From: Octopus bimaculoides
Lineage: Eukaryota
Length of the DNA: 64,000 bases
Assembly (NCBI RefSeq): GCF_001194135.2
Contig: NC_068982.1
Span: forward strand, 115,323,065 to 115,387,064
Reading direction: 5' to 3'
Numbering within the stretch: the stretch's first letter is position 1; the number at the start of each line of letters is the position of its first letter. Of the stretch, positions 14,493 to 25,600 are shown piece after piece. The position numbers were made by a program, and so were the translations under genes. The notes under the pieces are model-generated. The model made no database searches. It saw only the letters and a program-made list of their open reading frames with translations, and was not told the DNA's origin.

Positions 14493-17174
14493 TCCACTGC
14501 CCTAATAAGCCTTTTTTTCCCAAATTCTTGATGCCATGTACAGCTCTTTTGCTAATTATTTTTTAGTAGCCAATAACTATATTACAATTTAAGCACACAC
14601 AAATGCATAATTAAATAATCTTCCTTCTTAACATAAGTCACCTAAGTGACAACTGTTTTCATCTATGAAACATGTAAGGCAGGTGTAAGTTTTTTCTCAT
14701 GTGCAAATCCAAACTAAAAATGACAAAACAATATATTTTACTAAACTATATTGGGAGAGATTAATCAACGTTAAAGAACCTTCAAAGGTCTACAAACAGC
14801 AGGATAACAAAAAATACAGCAAGCGTTAAGCTACAAAAACTCTTACACTAAGTTCTAGTAGAATTTCAAGATACTGTCATCCTATTCATAAAAATTTAGC
14901 TGTCAACGAGTGTGAAGAAGATATATATTTTAGAATCATATGTAGATAAATGGGAAAAGAGAGAGAAAGCACAGTCCTTAAATACACTTGCTGAAAGAAA
15001 CTTTTTAATACTGTCTGATTTAGTATAGTATTATTGCACATACGAGCTCAGTCATCAAATTGTGTAGAGCCTTAATATCTTGAATAATAGAAATTGAGAA
15101 GTAAGTGAATAGAAAATACGTTCAAAATTGATCAACAAACAAGCAATTAACTGTTTTTGATAACTCAAATAATTTTATGCTTAACTTCATATCATACCAA
15201 AAAACGTAACTTGTAATAAATTTTGAGGAAGTACTTTTAGCGCATACAAATAAAAGACTAAATTGTCAATATTTCAATATACATGTAATTAAAATGGCAT
15301 ATGAAAACACTGAAATAAGATTTTTGGCAAAGAATACTTTTCAATAGTACAAAGGTTGTTTTTTCTTTTAAAATATAAAGTTCTAACCAAAATATTAAAA
15401 TGTTTAGTGTGATACTTTTGAATACTATAACTTTCTGTGTAATATACTCACCCCACAGACAACGATGATTAACAATTTGTAGAAATTATACTGGAAAACT
15501 AATAACTGTTACAACATTAGAGTTGAGTCAAATGGATTAATGTTGCAACTGAAGATATCTGACGATACAAATAAAAGGAAAATGAGGCAAAGCTTAAAGT
15601 AACTGACACCAAAGAGATGACAAATCTAAAAGTTAAAGCATTTCTGTAACTCATTTAAGTGATAAAAGTTTGACAAGCATAACCATCAATTATATATGGT
15701 TTCTGTCACACTGCCATTTATGTAACTGAATTATGACAACAGTATGAAATACAGTTAAATGGAGCATAAAAAGAGATTAAAACAGGTATGAAAATAAAAA
15801 TGTCAAGCCATATATATATACATTATACATATGTTTTATATATATGCAATATATATGTAGAGAGAGGTAGAGAGAAAACTTAAAAGCATATGGTACAATA
15901 TAAAAAAAAAACTGTTATGACAAATGGTACTTTACATTAATATGCACAATATACATGGAATTAAAACAGCACTTTCAAAAATGAAATATCTCAAAAACAT
16001 AATGAAAAGGTTTACGTAACTAACTAATAATAGAAACAGAAACATCCAGAACTTATATTCGTTAAAGGAGAAAAGAATAAAAATTTTGTAGCAGACAGCC
16101 ACCTTCAAAATAAATGAATAAATAAAGAGAAAAAAATGCAAGTCACATGATTCACACACACCCTTTAAGTGAAAAACAACTGTTCGCTATATCCCTGGTA
16201 ACAAATGAATTGTGATATTATGAGTATGGCAATTAGTTCTGAATGAAGTTGACGTAAAGGGGTTAGACCTCGCTATCATATCTACAAGCTTTCTCTTACA
16301 TACACATACGCACATTATTTCACATGACCGACAATGATGTTGTAGAAACCCCATCTTGGAATTAGAAAAATATATAAACTATCAAGATGCATTTGATTTC
16401 AATTAAAACATGTGCTAGAAATTACATGTTCTATGTTACAAAGACTGTACTTCATAGAAGACATAAATACGATGGTTCATTAAGATTCAAACATCTAAAC
16501 ATTATGCTGTAAAATGTGCTACCTGAAAATAACTTACCTGACATGAGGGCAGGTTAACAGGAACTTAACACAAACACAAGTCAATACATGAAGAAACTTT
16601 ATTGCAAATCATATTTCCCCAATGATCTTACCTTCAATCAGCTGCTATCCTTTCAACATTGGCTGAAAAGCAGCACTGTATATGTTGCTAATCACACAAG
16701 GCCATGTTGTATGAAAAAATTCAAGATCTCTGATGAATATTTTACATGTACAAAAATGAAACTTATTCACAATGGTCACTGATTAATGACACTAACAAAC
16801 TATGTTAAAAATACTCATGGCTCTTAAATTACTAGATCCACAAGTTACAATGTTATACTGATGCCTCTCTGCTAACAGATGTGGAAGGGCAGGAGAGCAA
16901 GAACATATAATGATTAGGAAGATTCCACTTTCATGAAACAGCATGACTGAAGTTGGACAACACTCACGGAAGCTGCAAAATGATGGTACTCTATTATAAG
17001 TATGCTCCAATTGTGAACATAGTTTAGAATGTGCTGCAATTCCCTCCCAAACTGTTTGAGTATCTAAAGTGAAATGAAATTGCACCTCAGCACATGGAAT
17101 GTTCAAACAAATCTATAGGAAATCCAGTCCAATTTGAAACCTATAACGATAATACATGCACATACACACAGTTT

Positions 17175-17216
<42 letters not shown>

Positions 17217-17232
17217 TATACATATATATATA
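17175..17232. repeat. (TA)n microsatellite
   Basis: Direct reading. Confidence 0.95.
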
Positions 17233-17432
17233 AAACTCAGACAATACACCAATCAAAAGTATGTACATGAGTGTATACATGTACACACACACACACATAC
17301 ATGCAAACACACCCTGTTATTCAACATAGGACCACTAAAGCATGTCATAGAATCGTGGAAGTAGCAATACAACTTTAGGCTGCTTCATCAAGAAATCCAG
17401 TAGAGTCGATACATTTTTTTCCTTCAGGGATC

Positions 17433-17823
17433 CTGTGTGAAATAAACAAAAGCAAACTATTTTTGCATGGTTCAAATACGGTTCTAGTCATTTAAGAAAA
17501 CTTAGAAAGATTGTTGTAAATTAAAAATGTAAATGTAAAATGGCGAGTGGACATATAGTATAGGAAAGAAACGTCTGATATTCATAGCCATTTGATGCAC
17601 AGCAGATAAGTAACCTGGAATCCAAAAGTCAGAAGGTAACTTTAAAAAAAGATTATCCCCACCCACCTTTAATTTTGGATAAGTCATTACTTTAACAAAA
17701 TATGAAAAATCCATCAAAATGGAAGTTGAGTGATTCAAGAGCATATATATATCCAGGTACCACATAAGTGAAATAAATGTTTAATTTAAGTAATTATGTA
17801 AAATACTCACCATTAATACTTAC
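17433..17823 (-). other. Candidate second 3'UTR intron with two alternative donors (gtaagt at 17823, gtgagt at 17810)
   Basis: ATA|gtaagt and ATG|gtgagt 13 nt apart; acceptor tttgcttttgtttatttcacacag|G with AG at 17433-17434. Confidence 0.45.
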
Positions 17824-18030
17824 TATTCCTTGGAATCAATGATGAATTAGAATGCACCATCCATGTAATTACTTAGTTTAGTTTAAGAGTAATAAACTGT
17901 ACATACAACCATACCCCTTCACCCCTCAATATACCAGAAAGAAATAAGTATTACAGTACAGACTGAAAATTACAGGTTCAAGACAATCAGTCAACAGGAA
18001 GATCACCAGTTATAATGAATTTTTCTCTGG

Positions 18031-18036
18031 TTTATT
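18031..18036 (-). promoter_or_regulatory. Candidate proximal polyadenylation signal (AATAAA)
   Basis: AATAAA on the gene strand followed ~30 nt later by a U/GU-rich stretch (tcttcctgttgactgattgtcttg); further AATAAA at 18598-18603 and 18743-18748. Confidence 0.35.
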
Positions 18037-18945
18037 TTTTCAATCAAAACCAAGTTATAAACAGAAACACAAACAAGTGTGTAGGTTGCAATGCTAACTT
18101 GACAAGTACATAAACTTTGGTTAGTTCACATTTACTTAAAAGATTTTTGGCATGTATGATTACACATTTGTTATTTGTACTAAGATAAATACAAGGAAAC
18201 TAGACACCCTTACAAAAATGTGCTAAATTTCTTTTTAATATTAATGTAGTTCTTAGTAAATTAAATACTTTAAACTTTAATTTGGTTTTATAAATCAAAT
18301 GATATGTCTTCATAAATCCTAAGCAATATCTTTTAAGTTGCAATATGTTAGGCAAAGAAGACTATTCAATGAGTAATGGAGTGAGAATTACAAATATCTT
18401 AACACAATATATATTTGTTGAGCAATATTACACACAAAAACGTTTTTCTACAATTTAGGATTAAACTTAACATTGCATTAACTTACACTATGTTAACTAC
18501 TATAAATTTTTAAATGAAAATGACATAGACTGGATACAATCCAACAGGTTTAATAATACAAAAATGCTGAAACTATAAATAATGAACTACAATTACTTTT
18601 ATTTGTTTTTTAGCCACCACGAGTAGAGCAGTATAAAGTGTATTCTAACATTAAATGGTTTCATTATCCTACAAACTCTGATATAATTATCATAATATAA
18701 GTATTTTGATGCCAACTCTGTGCAGAGAGGTCAGGTGTTTAGTTTATTTTCGAAGAAAAATGCAATTAGCAAAATTCATTGATGTTACTCTATTATACAA
18801 TACTATATGTGTAATTAATAAAGTCTGTAGCAATATTCACCAGCATATTACATCACTAAATTCTTCCAAATTCTTGGTTAGTCTCAAAATTAATTGAAAA
18901 GGTGCCTCTTATTGAAACTATGAAAAATACAAATGTTAATCAATT

Positions 18946-18950
<5 letters not shown>

Positions 18951-18980
<30 letters not shown>
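18951..18980. repeat. (TG)n microsatellite within the probable 3'UTR
   Basis: Direct reading. Confidence 0.9.
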
Positions 18981-18985
<5 letters not shown>

Positions 18986-19070
18986 ATATATGTAAGGTAA
19001 AATTGTACAATATAAAAAAAAATTTAGGGACTAATTGGGATGGTGCATTCTTCTCCATTGGATCTGGAAG

Positions 19071-19132
19071 CTAGGAAAAGGGAGACATAGAAAGAGAATG
19101 GAAAGATGAGAGGAAAAACAGTTGACATTTAC
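19071..19132 (-). other. Candidate 62-nt 3'UTR intron (alternative AG at 19064-19065 gives 69 nt)
   Basis: TAG|gtaaat donor 43 nt after the stop, then an AG-free, almost pure pyrimidine tract ending cttttcctag. Confidence 0.55.
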
Positions 19133-19175
19133 CTAGTTGCTGCCATAGGTTAAAATGAAATGAATCAGAACATCA

Positions 19176-19342
19176 TCACTGGGGTTGAGGTTGTTGATTG
19201 GCCTGACCTTGGCTTCCCACTTGACCTTGTTGTTGTGCTGCTTGTTGTAATATCATATTTGCATGATAGTGCATCCCTTGTTGACGATAGTATTCTGCCC
19301 AAGCAGCACTGTAATCAGGTTGGCCAGTTTGGGGGTTGATAG
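19176..19342 (-). CDS. FUBP1-like: FUBP last coding exon: [23 protein letters not shown]...QPQPQ* (second Tyr-rich box; TGA followed by a second TGA)
   Basis: ORF 19176-19409; ttttccttag acceptor; [12 protein letters not shown] is the DUF1897/Psi A-B-box-type motif. Confidence 0.96.
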
Positions 19343-22300
19343 CTAAGGAAAAAAAGCCACTCAATTCAAAAAACAGTGCAGAAAAATTCTGAATCCACAA
19401 TGTGATCATTTAAATAACAAATTAATACTATATGGAAAAAATTTTTGGAAGAGTAATTTTATATAATTATTTTATAGAAAAAAATTTACTTAATAATAAT
19501 AATAATAATAAAACTATCACCTTTACACAAAACAGGTAAAAATTATTTTACAGTAAATTTATAAAAATATTAAAACATCTCAAGCAAATCTGCCATAAAT
19601 TGATTTAAATGATATGATTTCTGCTTCACAGAATTAATTGTTCCTGGGATATTTGTATTTAAAAAGATCATAGACTTTTTAGAAATTACATATGAACTTC
19701 ATATATAGTAACAGTAACTAAATTTGAAAGACTTCCAAGTGCAGGAAATAATAATAGTGCAAGAAATGGAATTAGAGGCTGCAATTTCTCAATGTAAACT
19801 CAGCATACAACTACAATGAAACAATGATTTCCATGAAGAGAATGCGGTGAAAATTTTACAAATATTTTTCTTCCAAAATTTTCATAAACCAAAAACTGCC
19901 AGTCATCCTTATGCTTCAAAACACATTTACTTGCTTTTTCTAGTTTAAGTGTTCATATAGTCCATGCTGGTTGACAAAAAGCATGGCACTTCACATTTAC
20001 TGTGTCCTGATGAAATAGTCATGATATACAAGATTAATATGTTATTTATTGCTGTACCACCTTGATCAGTATTTATACTCATGTAATGTTTAACCCCAAA
20101 GACATTATGATAAGCTAATTTTAATGTGTGTTTTAAGCAAAATGCACGAGTGGCTCAATGTCCAGAGTCTTATCACTATCAACACTTTCAAGGAAAAATA
20201 ATAAAAAAGGAAACATGAATGCAGCAGCAGTTCAAGCTGTCGTCATCACCTTGTCTACCTTACAACCGCATGGCAAAATAGGTGATGTAGCTGTAACAGT
20301 AAATCTCTAACAGAAGACTGAAGTTGGCAGAGAGGAATGTGGACTATTTTGGAATGGGGGAGAAAAAATAATTACTAAGCATATGTGTGAGTGAGCCTTC
20401 ACTTTGCACTGCAGTATATGACAGCTTAAACAATGCATGAGAACCCAAAGAAACATCAAAACTGGTTCCACTGTGAGAATGCATCCCTCTTGTCTCACTC
20501 TAACAACAATGCAGTAAAGCCCCCAACACTTGTTCAAACTGTGCTAAAACTGAGAAATCAAGAGATTGTAATCATACATTTTACAAGATCAAGTAGGAAT
20601 GATGGGAAAACAAAGCCAACAGGTTGCAAATGTCAGACAGATGTTATACATGGACCTCCAATGAATCAACAATGTTTTGGGAAAAGGAGAAATACTTGAG
20701 TACTTTGCATAGTATTTCCATCGAAATGCTCAATGCACCAAAGAATGTCAACAGGGAAATTCTGGAAAAATATAACACATTAAGACGATCCAAGTACAGA
20801 AGAGGTGTTAGTCTTAGTAAAGAACCAGGAATAAATGAGATCCCAGCAGAAGCATGGGAAAATGGAGGAGCTTACCAGTTTCTTGATTCTAGCATCAGTT
20901 GGTGAAAATATTCCACAGAACTGGAGGGATTTTACCATTGCCTCCACAATTATGAAAGCTGACGGGAATCACTACAGAAACTTAAGGAACTTCTTTACTT
21001 GCTCTTGCAGGACTGTTGCTCAACAGTCTGAGAGAGAAAAAAATCATGAAAGTTCTGAAACTCAATGTGAGTCTAAAAGAGGAAGAAACACCATGAATAT
21101 GGTATTTGGTCCATGACAAATGTGAAATAATGCAAGACACTTTATGTGATCTCCCTGTTATTTCACAAAGACATTCAAAATAGTAATTCAGTTGGGCTTA
21201 AAGCTTCAGAAAGTTCACTCGAACAACTAAGTACCTACACACTGGTATGAAAGCTTGGGTTATGCTACCACCAACATTAATCTTATCTTATCCATCCACA
21301 TACAGAGTAGACCTCATACTCACATCCTTATGATGTTGCACTTTGAAGCTAAGACTAAGAACATATGTTAGTGAGAGATATGTTTTAGAAGAACGCTCTA
21401 ATCTTCATTGTATGGAGAGCCTGGAGAATGTTGCTGGTAGTACAGCCACAAAATTCCACTTTACTATTAACATCCAGAAGTCCAACACAATCAACCAAGC
21501 CTTAATGCCAACAAAGTTACATAATCAGATCCCATCATCATCATTGAGCAGCAGAAGCCAGTAGAAGGTTAACCACTTTACCAATTTAGCAAGTACACAA
21601 TGTGACATCAAAGGATGAACAGCTTCATATTGGTTGAGAGTTGACAAATGAACAAGCAAAAGTTCAGAGAAATATACAGATTAGAGGAAAGTTGCAAAGA
21701 CATTTTCCCCGCCCACACATGAATATTAAATGCAAATTCCAAGCTTCCAAAACCAAGTTTATGCTGTAAATATAAACCAATCTAAATTTTTAATTTTGCT
21801 GTTTGAAGGTCAATAGAAACATATATTTCAAATCTATTACATGTTCAAAAATGAACCTCAATATTCAGATTGTGAATACAAACACTCTAAAACATTAAAA
21901 TATTTCCAATTATCACTCACCAGGTTGCTGCTGTTGTTGGGGTTGCTGTGCAGCCTGCTGCTGCGTCTGCTGGGGTGCAACTTGTTGCTGAGGCTGTTGC
22001 TGTTGGGGTTGTTGTTGTTGGGGCTGCTGTTGAGGTGGCTGCTGTAACTGGGGTTGTTGGGGTGCTCCTGGGCCAGTTGGTTGGCCTGGCTGTTGAGGGG
22101 CTCCTTGGCCTCCTTGCTGGGCCTGGTACTGACCATATTGACCATACTGTGCATAATACTGAGCATAATAAGCAGCCCATGCGGCTGCATTAGCATCTTG
22201 AGCCTGTTTATCTGGAAAAGATACTATATATTGAATGTAAGGTAAGAAGCTTGAATATAAAATCAACTTGAGAATCAGAAGTTATCTAAAAATACAGACT

Positions 22301-22629
22301 TGCAATGGGAACAATTTAAAATTCTTATGTAAATCCACAGAGTTTTAGTTTACAAACTATTCTAATTGAGGCACTTCCACTCACTTGTAATCCCTTTCTC
22401 ATATAACATACTTTTGTCCATTCCTAAATAACCATTGACTTGACATTTCAAGAACAATAACCATACTGACCTCACTGGTCCCTGAGGGTATGTGAAGGTC
22501 ACAGGCACAACCCTGCCTCCCAGGTTAATACAAATATAGTACAACTAGTTTAAAAGACATCCAATAGAGCAGCTTTTAATCCAGTCATACCCCAATGATG
22601 AACATATTTCTAACCCAAAAATCATTACC

Positions 22630-22660
<31 letters not shown>

Positions 22661-25600
22661 ACTGGATTTCGCAATTAATTTCAATTGCCGAAAGCAATCG
22701 CAGTAATGAAAACTTGGGAATCCAAAATTTCAGGATTGTGAGTTCAGATTCAGCCTGGAATGTTTGTAATTTACCCACAGATATCAAAATAATATTATAT
22801 GTTTGGTTACAGCCTCTAAGAGCAAAGTTGATAAAGTGTGACACTGACATTCGCACTTACTCTGTTAGATGATGTTATACAAGTATGTAGCTTCCTAAAA
22901 CACACTATTTTCATGGGGAAAAATTTTGTTGAACCCATACTGTCATGGTAATGCTGATGCAAAAGGACTAGTACTTCAGTTTAGTACTTATTTTACTGTT
23001 GTCTAGTTTATTGTATGTTCCAATTCACAAGCTTTTAAATTGCATGAATGAACACCGACAACATACAAATGACATGCTTTAGCAGTTTCTATCTATATAA
23101 TTTTATTAATAATAATATAGATTTAATCAAAAGATTAAATGTGGTACTTAAAATGTTTGAGGCACCAGAATTTGGTAGGATAAAAACCAAAAACAAAATC
23201 AAGAGATTTGGTGAATAAATAAATAATTTTCTTAAAATAACAGTCAAAGTATAATTGAAGTCATTTGCATAAGGTGTCATATAAGAACTAAACAGAAATC
23301 ACATACTTGTGAAATAAACTCCTTGACTATAAAAACCACAATTTGCCCATGTTTGTTACAACCCAAAACAAATCCCCCCCCCCCAAAAAAAATAAACTTT
23401 AATGCTAGTAATGACATTGCCTACATACTAATTTTGATTTTTGTGCTGTGTAAAAGTGTGAAATTAAAAATTTACTTGGATCAGCTTGTTGCTGCTGCTG
23501 TTGTGGATAACCTTGCTGATATGCTGCTCCCCATGCTTGACCTCCATATGGCTGCTGGCCAGCTGGTGCTTGCTGGCTGTAATGATAGGTGGATGGAAAA
23601 AGAAACATGGATTTTTACACATAACCCAAACTTGAAGTCTTTAAAGACATCAAATGGAAATAAAAAGACTACATACCTTGGTTGAGCATACTGTCCATAC
23701 TGATCATACCCTGCCCCAGCTGGAGGTACACCTGGTGCATTAGGTCCAGAAGGAGCCCCAGGAGCACCATGGGGACCAGCACTCCCAGGTGCTGGAGGAG
23801 CTCCAGGTGCACCTGGTGCTCCAGGTCCAGCTGGTCCATTAGGACCTGGTGGTGGTGGTTGCTAAAACAAACAAATTTTACAAATTAAATAAAAACTAAA
23901 ATTTTAATATCACAAAGTGAAAAAAATTTTTTTTAAGTCAATATATATCTACAACTTACCAAACCTGCTTTTTCACATATCATTTGTATAGCATGCTGGA
24001 TTTGTTGTGGACTACCTCTGACATTAAAGATCTTTTCATTGGGATTTGGTGGAGGCTGCCGCTGAAGCTCAACATGAGCACCAGACTGTCGTATAATTTC
24101 TCTGATTGTTTCTCCACCTAAAACCAAGTGTAACATAAGTAGTGAGCAAAACGTATAACATAAGATATTGAAAAAGGATTTTATTAATTACATCTTAGTA
24201 ATAGATATTACCTTTGCCAATTACTAAACCACATTTGTCAGCAGGCACAGCATAAGTAGTTTCATCTTGAAAATTTGGATCAAAGCCACGTCCCATTCCT
24301 CTACCGCCAGGACCATTTGGACCAGGAGGACCAGTCATGTTATTAAAAGGGCCACCACCTCTACCACGACCTCTACCTCGGCCCATAGGAAAGCCACGAC
24401 CAATACCGCCTTGTTGCTGAAAAGTATAATAATCAAGTAAAAAAAAAAGTCAATGTACCAAGCAATTATACTCATGCTAGTTATGTTACATAATATGGTG
24501 TAATAGAAAAACTATTTCACAATGATATTAGATTTATAAAATGAAAATGTCAAAATGAATCAATGGGACAGAATGTTATAAGACAAATTGAATCAAATTT
24601 GTCTCCCAACAAAATAATGAAGCCAGCCAGCAACATTTTTCTTGATGCTGCTAAAATATAAAATCCTCTCATTTACTACAAAACAATTCAATCAAACCAG
24701 ACACCAACCCTTGAGGCTGCTTCCAAATCCATGATATAAAACCCCATTATAATGCATTTGTATTCAATAACATTCAAAAGTCTTAAGAACCAACTAAGCC
24801 ATATATTAAAAGCACCAGTCTAATAAAAAAAGATTGGTAAAAAATAAATAAATAGATAAAGAAAAGAAATCTGCCATAATTCTCAATTACTTCCAAAATT
24901 CTGGAAGATTTTATCTAATATTACATTATATTTTCCATTGAAATTGCAGTAACAATTAATTTAATAGGAAACTTATCATTAAAGAGTTAGATAAAATTAT
25001 CATTCAGAACTTTTAATCATGGATGTGCAGTTAAGAAACCTGCTTTGCAGCCATGCGGTTTGGAGTTCAGTCTCATTGTGTGGCACCTTGGACAAGTATC
25101 TTTTACAATAGCTCCAAGACAACTAATGCTTTGAGTGATTCTGGCAGACAAAAACTGTGAGAAACGTCTATATGGGTGTGTGCGCACACACATAAAGGAA
25201 CCTTAGTTTATGAACAATTTTTTGAACATAAATGTTTCAGGTGATAGAGTAATGCAAACCAGGAACAATGGTTGGTGCAAGCTGGGAATATCACTTGCTA
25301 CCTTGCTTTTGCTAAGTACAAAATCCTGCTTGAATAAAGTTTTGGTTTATGAATGACCTTCAGAAACAAAATTAAATTTGTAAACTGACGTTATATATCA
25401 TTTAATGTTTACGTTTCCCTGCTTGCATGGAATTTGTTGAGGCAGATTTGCTACTTCTTGATGCCAACCCTCACCTGCTTCCAGGTAACACTCCACCCTT
25501 GGTCAGACACGTTTCTCATGGAAGACTGACAACAAACATCACTTCTCCAACAGTGATGCTTATTTACATATGATACCATGACAAGGGAACACACTCAAAC

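Noticed and set aside
155-18897. Numerous 60-100 aa ORFs left of the FUBP stop codon
   Set aside because: Low-complexity F/L/I/K-rich translations typical of AT-rich non-coding DNA; no recognisable domains or coherent exon chain, so no second gene could be supported
21858-22196. Overlapping alternative-frame and antisense ORFs over the Gln-rich exon (also 23323-23888 and 30536-30847)
   Set aside because: Shadows of the real low-complexity, GC-richer FUBP exons
24330-24400. [10 protein letters not shown] motif between KH3 and KH4 as a novelty
   Set aside because: An RG-rich KH3-KH4 linker is already known in vertebrate FUBP1/KHSRP
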